From Diadema antillarum (lineage: Eukaryota), in NCBI RefSeq assembly GCF_040938485.1, contig NW_027271213.1, positions 2,108,001 to 2,172,000 of the forward strand: 64,000 nt of DNA. Reading direction: 5' to 3'. A program made the position numbers and the translations under genes. The notes under the pieces were generated by a model. It saw only the letters and a program-made list of their open reading frames with translations, was not told the DNA's origin and searched no databases. Shown here in pieces: positions 50,913-63,326 of the stretch; the stretch's first letter is position 1; every line of letters starts with the position of its first letter.

Positions 50913-51204
50913 CTGCAGACACCGAGGTTATCAATAAAAAGACATACAACATTTAAGTCTCTTGTGAGCCAATATGTATATGAATACACCTGGACAAATC
51001 CATTTAAAGTAGTCATAGATAAATCCATAACTTTTTTTCCTGAGTCTGTCTGTCTGTGTCTGTCTGTCTGTGTATGTCAGTCCATTCTATGCAATCTACC
51101 TGTACTATGTTTTTGCATAGAAATATACAAAAACATAATACAGGTAGATAGATAGCATAGAATAGACAGACAGACAGACATATATATGAGAAGTACAAAA
51201 ATAG

Positions 51205-51304
51205 ATTTGAATTGATTTGATTTGATTTGATTTGATTTGATTTGATTTGATTTGATTTGATTTGATTTGATTTGATTTGATTTGATTTGATTTGATTTGA
51301 TTTA
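51205..51304. repeat. (ATTTG)n pentanucleotide microsatellite
   Basis: About 20 near-perfect units. Confidence 0.97.
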
Positions 51305-51514
51305 TTCTCTGTATGCCACTGTTTTTTAGAAGTACATCAATTTTCTGCAATTTCATTAACATTGTACAAAATAACAGTAATATGACTATTTTTAATGATA
51401 GCTGTCAAATATATACATCTGTAATATAATTACATGAGTTACATCTTAACTTGCATACAGTACGATTGCCAATAAGCACAGATGGTTAAGACTTTTGGTG
51501 GGTAGGTAGGCAGA

Positions 51515-51752
51515 TACTGTCTATGCCAAATAATATTTCGCGAGGTTTTCATTTTGAAAATTTCGCGAGTAGGGTGCTCATTTCACAACACACAAAAGTA
51601 ATAACTTTGATCCAAACATGACTGTATGTGAATGTGGACATTTCTCCATCCATTACTCTACTCCATGATCTCAAATTCAACCACTTTCAAATTGTCGGGA
51701 AGTCCCGATTCACAAAAAAACTGAACTAGCTAAATCCATGGCATATACAGTA
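51515..51752. mobile_element. TA-flanked MITE (ttcgcga-rich family)
   Basis: 14-bp TIR tactgtctatgcca / tggcatatacagta, 13 of 14 matching. Confidence 0.75.
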
Positions 51753-52528
51753 GACAAATGTATAGAGAGAATTTTAAACAAGTCTTGATGTAACTGTAAC
51801 TACCAAATATTTCATTCAGGCCAGAAATGTCAAAAGACCATGACAAATTCTGATGTGCAATTCATGCTGTGATATATGCAATTTAAATGCAATGCAACCT
51901 CAGATGGATGGACTTCCTTTAAAAACACTTTAATGAAAGATTCTTGTCCCTGCAAGGTCTTCTTATATCAACTGCCTCATTTTTCACTGGCAGCATAACC
52001 TTTGTTTCTTGGATCCTACTTTCAAGACATTGTCCCTGAATACAAAACTTTGCCGAAAGAGTAGCATGGATTCAAAACTTTGCTGAATTATGTTTCATCT
52101 TTCTTTTTCAATGTATTTGACCAAATCCCAAACTGGACCTGCATTTCTTGGAATGACACACAAAATTTATTTTTGAGCTCTTATCAGAGGTACATGCTAA
52201 CCACTTCCTGATGGTCACCTTAATAGCAAATTAGAATCTAGATAGAGGAATTACATCAGCTATCACAACTCAAATGGGACAGGTAACACTTCGGGATATG
52301 ACAAAAAGATATAAGAAAATGAAAGGAGACCATGCCTAATTTTTGTGTGTCATCATTGTGTCATACCATTATGAGTTTAATAGTCATATTTCAGTCAGGG
52401 AGTGAATAAACATGATCACATGGAAGTCATCATTTTGTTTTGTTCACCTGGGGGAAAATAAACATTAACATGTGACGGTAAAGATATTTTGCTCTACCAT
52501 GAAAGAACAAAGGGACAACAATATTTAA

Positions 52529-53087
52529 TACTGTATACGCTATAATTTTCACGTACATAAATTTTCGCGAATTGTCGCTGTCACACATTTTCGCGAGCAC
52601 TTGGTTAAATTCGCGATTGGGGGACCAGAGAAAATATGAAGTGGCAAAGTCAAAGAAAGTGTGAATTTTCAACTTACGTGTACTAGCAAATAAGAATGAT
52701 ACTAGTTATACACTGCATGAAAAAAACTTACCAAACTCTGCAAACTAGTAAGTTAGAATTCAACATTTTTGAAGTGGTTAAGTCCATTGCGTTAGACTTC
52801 TGACGAGTGGTCCCCTTGCGATAATGGATTGGCTCTCTAGTACAGTATTCGTAAGTAGACGTGGACGTGTGCGTGCTATATGTACGTAAACAAGCATAGC
52901 CAGTACACTGTATGGTCTGTTCGGTAAGCCATGACATGGTATACTAGTACTGAAATGTTCGTATAATCAAGGCAAGGGATTCATTTTGGAAGGTAATATT
53001 TTCGTGTGTTGTTAATTTCGCGAATAGCTCCCGACTCGCGAAATTCGCGAAAATAAAACCCCCGCGAAATATATAGCGTATACAGTA
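52529..53087. mobile_element. TA-flanked element with perfect 16-bp TIRs and ttcgcgaa subterminal repeats
   Basis: tactgtatacgctata (52529-52544) and tatagcgtatacagta (53072-53087). Confidence 0.7.
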
Positions 53088-53124
53088 ATAGACAGATACA
53101 TTGTAGACAGATAGAGTGTAATAC

Positions 53125-53159
<35 letters not shown>

Positions 53160-53380
53160 TACACAGAACGTTGAAAATGAGCCCCCCCCCCCCTACAAAC
53201 TCAACCAATCACTATCAAGTCCATCACTGTTTGAGCGGACCAGGGAGGTGAGCACCTCCCTGAGCGGACCCAAAGGGATAACCAAGACTGTAGGATGTCC
53301 CCCTCTTCTTCTTTCATCCCCCCTCACCCCCTCCCTCCCATGGGAGAAAGGATGAGAAGAGGCGAGAACATTCTACACAC

Positions 53381-53517
53381 CTGAGCTGGAGGATTTGACA
53401 GTGGATTGTGGTCGACCTCGAAGACATCTAGCGAGTCCATCGTCCGGTAGCAGGGCGGGATGTTCTGGATCTTGTTACATGAGATGTCCAGCTTCACCAG
53501 TTTTAACTTGCATATTT
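53381..53517 (-). CDS. LRCH: LRCH exon A, last leucine-rich repeats: (E)ICKLKLVKLDISCNKIQNIPPCYRTMDSLDVFEVDHNPLSNPPAQ
   Basis: Pyrimidine tract ctctcttccag acceptor, CAG|gtgtgt donor, 137 nt. Has the LxxLDxSxNxI consensus and the NPL..PPAQ LRR cap typical of LRCH. Confidence 0.95.
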
Positions 53518-54260
53518 CTGGAAGAGAGAAGGAAGAAGAGGAGAAAATGAACACTGAGAGTGTCAGGGGCAGAAGGACAAAAGAAGATGGCTCACAGCGT
53601 ATAAAAGTAATGTCGAATTCAAATATGGGTCATGATGAAGCAAAATTAATGTGAAAAATCACAAGGTGTCGTCCTGACAACAGGGCACTACAAACCAATT
53701 GCCCACTTGCCAATGGCAACTAAAACTCACTGTTTGGCAAGGAAAATGAATGGGCCATTTCCTGTATAGAAGGGTAGGACCCTTGCCCAAATACATAGTC
53801 AAGAGGGTCAAATTTCTTTAGCAATGTCCTGATGACAATGGAAGATGTCCTACATGTAACAGCCATGATTTGTACATCACTAGCTCGAATAGATTATGGC
53901 TTTCTTTTTTACACTGTGACATAGAATTTTCTTCCTAACATCATGTTACAATCTACACCTCATGGTTACAATTTTGTTTTTTAATTACATGACTCTCAAA
54001 ACCTTTTTGTGCAAGCACACAGCACAAGGGTTACAGGAATAGCTGTGCCAATTGGCATTTCACTTCCTTGCTTCATGTGGGAGCTTGATGAAATCTCTAC
54101 TATGTTCCCACCATAAGAAACTTGAACATTGAAAGTTTTGCTCTTGGATACTTAATTGCTCATGCACAAACAGGCAGTTCAACTGAATTTTTATTCTTTC
54201 CCCATGTGTGAACCTTGTTTGAAAAAGGAAAAAATAAAAGAAGTAGAAACTCTCCCTTTA

Positions 54261-54666
54261 TTAAAAGGATGGTATAGTTTTGGTTGAGGTGAGTATTCAG
54301 CTTTTGACTTTTTGCAAGAAACTAAGAAATCACTTTATGAAAAGCATACAATTGTAACAAGAATTCAAAGTTTATTTGATGAAGATTGGCTTTTTGAAAT
54401 GGCTAAGATATCCAAAAACAGAGTAAAATGAAACCGACCCTAATAAAAGGTGGGTCCCACCTTTTATTAGGCACAATTTGTTTTGGATATATATTTCATC
54501 AGCCATGTCAAAACCAATGTTTTTTATCAAATTAACTTTGGATTTCTCTTAGAATTATACGCTCTATATATTTCATAAGAGTTTTCTCATTATCTCAAAA
54601 ATCATCCAAGAAAAGATGTTGGAAACCTGGAGCGCCATCTCAACCAAAACTGCACCATCCCTTTAA
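54261..54666. mobile_element. Kolobok-type palindromic MITE, family A
   Basis: ttaaaaggatggtatagttttggttgag ... ctcaaccaaaactgcaccatccctttaa; central palindrome ggtgggtcccacc. Confidence 0.85.
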
Positions 54667-54734
54667 CAGAAGCATATCGACACTGTTAGGGTTCTAGGAT
54701 ATACCGGAAGAAGCTTCTCTGGAGAGAGGAAATG

Positions 54735-54954
54735 CCTGTAACACTTCTCTCCACACAAGTAATAAAAAAAACAAACAAACCCAGATATATTGGCAGCATA
54801 AAATTTTGGCAAATTGGAGCCGACAGCCTTTTATCACGGCAAGAAATATTTGTGAAATGCCACTGGCATTCAATGCATATAGTGTACACAAAAACTTCTG
54901 CATGTATTCAAATTTCAAAAATCTTAGCTCCTCAAAAAATCAGGCTTTACAGTA
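54735..54954. mobile_element. MITE family C
   Basis: ggcaaattggagccgacagcc...ccactggcattcaatgcat...tttacagta. Left boundary approximate. Confidence 0.75.
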
Positions 54955-57131
54955 CCCAACATCCCTCCCCTCCTGCCCAGAACCGTCTCCCCCCTCCTCC
55001 CCCCCCCCCTCATGCTCAGTCAGCAGCAATCAAGTCCAAGGCTATACATATCTAACTCAAAAGATAGACGAATCACATTTCAAAATGTGTTTTGAAAGGT
55101 GCATGTATACACATGTATGAGCCTGGTTTGAAACGGGTTTCCAGGGATGCCGCGTTATCTATCAAGAATCATTATAGTCGCAACTCAGGCGTCATTACTG
55201 CATATCTGCTTTGTGCCCTTTGACCTAGGAAGTAGTCAACAAAGGTGCGCAACAAACATTCATGTTTGGAAATGGTTGTGCATTTATTTACTTCTCAAAA
55301 AAGGGGTTTGTGGTCCAAACACATTTCAAATCGCCCTTTTATTACTATAGAATTTCAAATTGACATTTCTAACCACGAATGCACATACAATTGTGTTTGA
55401 ATATGCATTGCAGGAACATGCCTCACACACACTTGGAATGGCGATTATGCCTCAATTTTCTAGATAAGTGCACCCAAAGTCATACCCCAGGTAACATTAC
55501 TATGCACTGTCTGTTGTGCAGCTGGTATATCTCCCCACCAATGGTTCAGCTTCTACTTCAATGAATAACATAATTATAGTCGTGGCACGCAAAGATTGTT
55601 GACACATATTTACGCTGATGGCATTTTTCTTTTATGAAATGATTGCCTAATTTTACAGCTGGTACAATGTAGCACTTAGCACTGGCATATCAATACCTTG
55701 TCAACACAGATCTAGGTCAATGCTATTATATTTCTTCTATGACATAATGGTTTAATTTTGTTTGAACAAGTTCCAAATTGTCAACCTTTCATAATTTCAG
55801 TGGGAATGTATTCACTCATTTTGCTATGAGTTCTCATAGCCCAATAATCCACCTTAAAAAAAAAAATTGCTTCCTCCGTAATTCCCCTTTCTTTCCCCTA
55901 TCTCCACTACTATAATGAAACTTCATCAATTCCCTACATCTTTAAAAGTTTCTGAATTATCTCTCTCCAGTTATTACAAGTTAGACAGATCAATGACAAA
56001 CAACTTTCCCAGTGACAGCAAAAAAAGGTTACAAACATATAAAAAGAAACAGATGTATTGATTTGGTAAAATACATTTCACAGACCCTAAAAGAGCATTG
56101 AGATTATTACATTGTGATCCCGATGAAACAGAAACAGACAATGATAAGAATCTGTTCTTTTCATCCCGACATATGATTGATATCACTTACTGTGCCCTAC
56201 ATTCAAGAGAAGTTGCTGCAAGTGTATCCCGATAAACAGTAGCAATGTTCACATCTACACTTTTATAGCATTTTGCATTGTGAGACAGTACTGGAAGTTG
56301 GCTTACAGGTACAAAAAGAAAACAAAAACAAGCATCATAGAAGAAGCAAAAACAGAGAGACACACCAGCACATGAACTCGTGTGTCGTCTTTAAGGTCTG
56401 AGAAATGAAATATCGCTCCATGTAATAAAGGCACTACCCATGCTAAAGTATCTAATAGTGCATGTTTGTAGCACAATTTTCATATCTGCAGTAGAAAGAA
56501 AAGTCAATTGTCAGATGACTACTGTACCCTGTCCTGTGATTTATGGGTTGACAAAAGGAATGTGTGGTTACCCACATTTATTTTACAAATGGAAGCCCAG
56601 ACAAGCAAAATTCGACAAGATAATTATGACCGCCCTTTGGCAAAGTTCATGAAGTGAATGAAATTCATTTTGGTGGCTCTGAATCCTGGGCCAAGATCAT
56701 TCAACTTCAGGAGATTATTATTATCTTTTCTTTTTTTTTTCTTTTTTAAGGAGATGCAGACTTTATCAATGAAGGTTTAGATGGATTATCTACAAGGCAT
56801 TCCCAAACTACCTAGAGTGTACTTTTGTGATGACACTCTTGGCCTATTAAATCCTAGGAGAATTATGCTACAGAAAAGATCTACTTGTCATTATCAAATT
56901 GGCAACTCTGAATTATCAGCATCTCTTACATTGGGCAACTTCTATTAATTCTAGAACTGATTCATTTCCTTAAATCTTTACAGAATCAGAAAGACATATT
57001 TTACGGAAGTTTTGTAACTTTGAGAGAACAGAAAATGAGAACTTTAATTTGTAAGACGTGTTGTCAATTTCAGATTAAAAAATAGATGTACCACATTAAA
57101 AGCATTTGAAAATTCTACAACCACAAAAATC

Positions 57132-58467
57132 AACTAGAAATATCACTTAAGGTGATTAATACCCCCGCCCCGTGACGACAGTCTTACCCAAGGAATGATC
57201 TTTCCTTGATCTTCTGCCATTTAAATGCCGTTACCATGGCAACGCAGCTTCCGACACGTCCGAAAAATATGTCTTGCACATCTTCCCACCAAGACTATTG
57301 TGTGTGCCACATTTCATAAGCTTTTGTCAAAAACTGAGGAAGTAGTTCAATCCACAAGATCTTTCCTTGATCTTCCGCCATTAATATGCCGTTACCATGG
57401 CAACGCAGCTTCCGACACGTCCAAAAAATATGTCTTGCACATCTTCCCACCAAGACCAATGTGTGTGCCACATTTCATGAGCTGCAGTCGAATACAGAGG
57501 AAGTAGTTCAATCCGCAAGATCTTTCCTTGATCTTCTGCCATTTCTATGCCGTTACCATGGCAACGCAGCTTCCGACACGTCCGAAAAATATGTCTTCCA
57601 CATCTTCCCACCAAGATCAAGGTGTGTGCCACATTTCATAAGCTTTGGTCAAAAAACTGAGGAAGTAGTTAAATCCGCAAGATCTTTCCTTGATCTTCTG
57701 CCATTAATATGCCGTTACCATGGCAACGTACTTTCGGGTACTGTCAAAAAATGCGTCTTGCACATCTACAACCAAAGGCACACATCTGTACCAAGTTTCA
57801 TGGAAATTGGGCAAAAACTGAGGAAGTAGTTTGCAACACAAAATTTTCCATCATTTTGGCTCATAATATGTGAGCTGTTACCATGGCAACATACTTTTTG
57901 TCACTGTCAAGAAATGTGTCATGCTGACCTATATCCTAAGACAAACATTCAATATGAATTCCATGAGAATTGGAAGAACACTGATGAAGCAGTTTTGCCA
58001 TGAAGCATTTTGCCCTATATTTTACCAATAACATGCCGTTACCATGGCAACGCACTTTTTGCCACTGCGGAAATATGTGTCTTGCACATTAACATATTCA
58101 GATGAACATCTGTACCTAATTTCATAAAAATTGATCAAAAACTGTGGGAGGAGTTCGCGACGCAAGATTTGTACCCATTTTTGCCCATAATATGCCGTTA
58201 CCATGGCAACGTACTTTTGGGTACTGGCAAAAAATACGTCTTGCACATCTACAACCCAAGGCACACATCTGTGCCAAGTTTTATGGGAATCGGTTGAAAA
58301 CTGAAGAAGTAGTTCGCGACGCAAGATTTGCAACGGACCGACCGCCCGACCGCCCGACCGCCCGACCGACCGACCGACCGCCCGACCGACCGCCCGACCG
58401 CCCGACCGCCCGACCGTCCGCTGATTCCTATATACCCCCTTCAAACTTCGTTTGGCGGGGGTATAAT
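57132..58467 (+). mobile_element. Helentron-associated non-autonomous element (HINE; DINE-1/pearl-CvA-like architecture)
   Basis: 5' subterminal IR atacccccgcc (~57159) matches 3' ggcgggggtat (~58454). Also has seven ~161-bp tandem core repeats, a tetranucleotide microsatellite (ccga/ccgc)n at ~58335-58420, and a 3' hairpin tataccccc...gggggtata. Confidence 0.85.
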
Positions 58468-58578
58468 TATGATATTATGAGCAACAAAGGGCTCAAATGA
58501 GAAAATATTTTTACCATACCTTTTAAAACACTAACAATGTAGAACAATTGTGTCACAATACAAAGACCAAACCATAGA

Positions 58579-58789
58579 TACTGTAAAGCAAGAATGCATA
58601 CAGCATGACATTTTTGCAAATTGGAGCCGACAACCTTTTTTTCATCATGGAATTTTCACGAATTGTCACTGGCATTCGATGCATTATAGTGTAAACAAGA
58701 ATGTTCGCGTGCACTTTAATTTTGCAAATCTTGGCTCTCGCGAAATTTGTGAAATTAAAATGCACGCACACATTTCTCGTTTTACAGTA
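58579..58789. mobile_element. TA-flanked (Tc1/mariner-type) MITE family C
   Basis: tactgtaaa ... tttacagta termini; homologous to the 43956 and 54735 copies. Confidence 0.8.
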
Positions 58790-60227
58790 GGTGGTTTCTT
58801 AGACTGAATGGGTTAAGAAATGTCAATGCCAATAAAAGCTATGTGTTCAAAACATCATTCAAAATGATGATTTAAGACAGAAGGAAGCATTAGACTAGGT
58901 GGTTCTTTAAACATAACACATACAGTATAAACGAATTCCTGCTCGATACATCGTTAAAGTTAGAGGTCACGACCTTGTGACAGGAAGAGGAAGTTGTTGC
59001 CGTCAAATTGCCCACACTGCAGCAAATAATAATCAACAATTCCACAGTTGCCACGATAGAGACAACACGTTGTTTATAATAGTCTCTTGCGAGGACATGG
59101 CTTTAATGAGCCCCAATGTCAATAAACCTTATCATCTATCACCTATTAAATCACGTTATCAGCAGCTAGCAGCATTCCAACTGTGCATATATTACGTTCC
59201 TCCACTCCACATGCAGCTTTGCCTTTCTTCCTGGCTAAGGGAATATATAATTCATTTTTTAAACATGACAGGTAAAAGCAAACTTAGGAAGTTGCTGGAT
59301 AACACTCAATAACTGCCCAACCAGGTGCGTCATCATTTTTCATCTCGCCGAGTCCGACTAAAATTTGATGTCAGAAACAGAAGCATCTTTCCTGGCATTC
59401 AGACATTAATTAGAATCTGCTTCCAGTTTAACTCTTCACTACCAGTGGTTATGTGTTTGTACACACTATCTATGGTAATTTGAGGTGTCGGTTCTGTGTG
59501 GGTTAATTACCAAGCAAGAAAAAATAATAAATGAGCCAGCCTGATGACGAGGCTACGTGAAGCTCTGCCTGAGGACAGAGTACACCTTGAACGAGTTGGG
59601 TTTGCACAGACAGATTTTGACACAAGGGTGTGACTCAGTTGAGATTCAAAACAAAGCTCCATTATCTTACCTTATACTACACTAATGTACACTTCATATG
59701 CGTCTGACTTCAAAAATCAGCACACTTTATTACTGTTGTATGTGTGTGTGTGTATTTGCCTTGTAGTATGGTCCTTCGTTAACTGCTGACATATATACTG
59801 TATGCACTCGCACACCATATTATAATGTTAAATGGAAGCAACTGAGACAACACACACACATACACACTGTACTCAATCTATGCTGTAATTTGTACTGCAT
59901 AATTACTTCAAAACAGCAGTGAAAACACAGCTTGAACATTGGTACACATATTCTTATATTTCAGTATTCATTAGTTATAAAACAATAAATCTGACGAAAT
60001 TTCAGCATCGTCAAATATGTATTGTTCATGTATGAAGTACTAGTAGACTGCTTCTTTGTGTAGTTCAGAAGACAGTGGAAAAAAAAACAAGCACAGAAAT
60101 CCATCAATTTTATCATCATCATTATTCTTGTTATTATTACACTGGTAACCATTATCTTCATCATCATCATCGACATTACCATACCAGTATTATTATCATA
60201 ATATTATCATTAGTAGTCATATAGTGC

Positions 60228-60390
60228 TCAGTAGTAGTAGTGGTAGTAGTAGTGGCAGTAGTAGTGGCAGTAGTAGTGGTAGTAGCAGTTGTAGTAGTAG
60301 TAGTAGTAGTAGTAGAAGTAGTAGTAGTAGTAATAGAGGTAGTAGTAGTAGTAGTAGTAGAAGTAGTAATAGAAGAAATAGTACTAGAAG
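60228..60390. repeat. (AGT)n microsatellite
   Basis: Seen directly; it produces the poly-Ser and poly-Leu ORFs. Confidence 0.95.
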
Positions 60391-62749
60391 TATCACCATC
60401 ATAATCACTGTCGCTGTTGGAATAACGAAGGTGGGTAGAAAGCTATGGAATCCTACTGTATAAGATATAGCGTTGTCATCAGCACTCCTGATATCATGTG
60501 AAAGTGATATGGACAGTGACACACACACTACCTGTACTACAAGCAGGAGTGGTCATGGAATTCATCAGGCCCTAGACAAGTTTACAACCACATTTTTATG
60601 TATCAATGCCGACCAGTGTTGCGCTTTGACCCTGATGGATTAAGTATAATGGATGATACGAAGCCTTAAAGCGAGTACGTTCATCCATATCCATTGGTGG
60701 GTTTTGTGAGATAAAGAGCAATTGTGTCTTCATGTTGTGGTTATGGCATTATAGACAAAGATTGTTGACATAGGCCTACTCGTTTTAACAATGGGGTGTT
60801 TTATCATTTCATCCTTTTGTGTGTCATGTAACCTTCTTCCGATTGCAATGTAAATATATCTTACTGCAGAAATGCACAGATCAAGTAGCAGCACATTATT
60901 TCCAGGTTATCACCTGTGCACAAACCATCTATTTGAACTATCTGACAGTGCACCTTGAACTCAAATATCTATTAAAAGCCTTTAATCTCTCTAAATGAGA
61001 TACTTTGCCTAAATATTACGTATTAATACTTTAGCCTCTAAGAAACTGTACACACAAGTTTTAGAAACACCATGTGTGTGTGTGCAAAACAGTTTAAAAC
61101 ACAAACACAAAGGAAAGGCAAGATACATATTAAAAACAAAATGACCTGACAAATTTTATTTTTCCCCAATATAAATCCCTCGAAGCACATTATGCAATGT
61201 AAAATGCTTATGAGGAATTTTTGAAGAAAAAATAAATCCATGATTATTCCTATTTGCAAACAAGGTTAACTGTCAAGTATGAATATAAATAATACCACTT
61301 AATTTAACTGAGTTCATCTGTGGGGACTGTAATAAATAAAATACATAATAAGAATATATTTGCATCGTTCAAAAAACACCAAAGGGAAACATTCATCGTC
61401 ATCAATACAAACATACACATACACAAACAAGAATACCAAAATATTTGCCAGGTACAGTTGTGTACTTTTAATACTTCAAACCCAAACTAGGATTCTTCCT
61501 TTAAGACAACATCTGTACTTTGATCGAAATGGGTGGAGGTTTACAACCAAACGCTCTTGCCTCGCTCTCTCAAAAAGACAGCCTAAAATCAGATTAGTTT
61601 TCAATCTCCACACTCAGTGCTCCACTGCCAGGCAACCACAGAGTGGTGTGCCATATGCTCACAAATTTCGGTCTGCATTGATGGTAGCTTTAAAGAGAAA
61701 AAAACAAAAAACAAAGCAAAACAACTGAGAAAAAGTGTGATGTACCCTGCATAGTGTGTAGCATGCACTTCAAATTTGCAGTCATGCGTGTGAATGGGCA
61801 AATAGCAAGTGCATGATTCAGAGTGTGCTGTATGACGGCAAACACTGTTTCTACAGGATTTGTGATTGCTCGTATTGGTGCAGACTAACAGTTCCTTCTG
61901 ATCACTGTATGAAGATTTGTAGTTGGTCACACCATTATTCTTTGTTATTATAAAGCTATGATATCATTACACATGTAATATGGTACAAGCTCTGCCATGC
62001 TTTATTCAAAAATATTATCATATTTTTAAAAAAAAACCATATATTATATGCACTCCACATAGGTACCTACACATACATTGTACATAATGATTACATTTGG
62101 GGCAATTTCATCATATCAAAGGCAAAGGAAAAGTGAAGTATTAAACACTGTCCCTGGGCTAATTATGCATCCACTGTGCATATAACATAATCAAGTGAAA
62201 TCCAATAAGCCTCTAAGTTTTCAATGGCTGCACCATTCAATATCACTGATGTCCTTGCTCTGATTATATTTAGTACTCTACATGAGTTCTATATCTAATG
62301 GAAATCCAATTCAATCCAATCCGATGCAAAGTGCCTTCAACATCATGTACCCTGTTCCTGATGCATAATAGTATGTATGAGTGTAACATGGTGAGGTGTC
62401 ACTGACATTCGGTGATGGCATTAGTTTGTTGAAAATGTTCTGATGCTAGGATCATGTCAGTATTGGTGATGAGCCAAAGATGGTATGGGTGTAATCGATG
62501 ACCTGGATTACACCGGACTTAGGAGTGACGTGGCATAGGAAGGGATGACAAGTGCTCCTGAGGTACAATGTACATAACTATACGATGAAAGAAGAATGTG
62601 TGAATGAAAGACATCAAGGGAGCTGTTATTAACCCGTGAGGATCAAGATGACTGCACACAAATGTACACATTAAACCCTCTCCGCCCCATGATCTCAGTA
62701 TGAATTTAACATTTTGTACACAAACATGCTGCCAGTAATGAGATGGTTA

Positions 62750-63326
62750 TTAAAGGACAAGTTCACCTTCGTAAACATAAGGATTGAGAGAATGTAGCAA
62801 TATTAGTAGAACACATCATTGAAAGTTTGAGGAAAATCAGACAATCCGTTCAAAAGTTATGAATTTTTGAAGTTTTTGTGCAGTACCCGCTGGATGAGAA
62901 GACTACTGCAGTGTATGAATAACTTAGATGTCACATGCGTACAACAATATACGGAAAATATAAAGAGAATTTCACGAAATTCCATCTTTTGAAAAAAGTA
63001 CACATTCCCCTGACTCGTTACGGACAAATGTTATGGGTGATATTATTCCCCCTGCCTTTAGAAAGAGGCAAGTCAAGTGCTCTTTTATTATGCGAAAAAA
63101 GTGTAAATATGTTGAATTTTCTTTTACATTTTCTTTATACTGTTGTACGCATATGACTCACAAGCTGTAGTAGTCTCCTCATCCAGCGGTTCCAACACAA
63201 AAATTTTAAAATTTCATAACTTTTGCATCGATTGTCCAATTTTCCTCAAACTTTCACTAATGTGTTCTACTAATATTGTTGCATTTTCTCAATCCTTATG
63301 TTTATGAAGGTGAACTTGTCCTTTAA
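62750..63326. mobile_element. Kolobok-type MITE family B, intact copy
   Basis: Perfect terminal ttaaaggacaagttcaccttc / gaaggtgaacttgtcctttaa, with imperfect TIRs extending about 200 bp. Confidence 0.9.

Larger units (their letters stand above)
5885..53517 (-). other. LRCH: LRCH-family gene span (5'-partial), 14 coding exons reconstructed
   Basis: Manual splicing gives one continuous frame with GT-AG introns and matching phases (1|0|2|2|0|0|2|2|2|0|1|0|0|0). Recognisable LRCH motifs in order: LVKLDISCNKI LRR, RVHIFKYL, DSGY..GDKRWS, HIDFID, DAVLNF, IKPRS, FTAKR and the CH domain. Family-level call; a single invertebrate orthologue of LRCH1-4 is assumed. Confidence 0.95.

Noticed and set aside
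56185-56215. 25-nt candidate microexon (cag|CAACTTCTCTTGAATGTAGGGCACA|gtaagtg), phase-compatible with exon A
   Set aside because: Does not encode the expected LRR consensus; splice-like flanks alone are insufficient.
57225-58500. ORFs in the track with repeated MPLPWQR / CRYHGN peptides, and CRISPR-like regularity
   Set aside because: These are translations of the HINE core repeats. Units are contiguous with no unique spacers, there are no cas genes, and the context is eukaryotic.
60217-60528. Poly-Leu (signal or TM-like) and poly-Ser ORFs
   Set aside because: (AGT)n microsatellite artefact.
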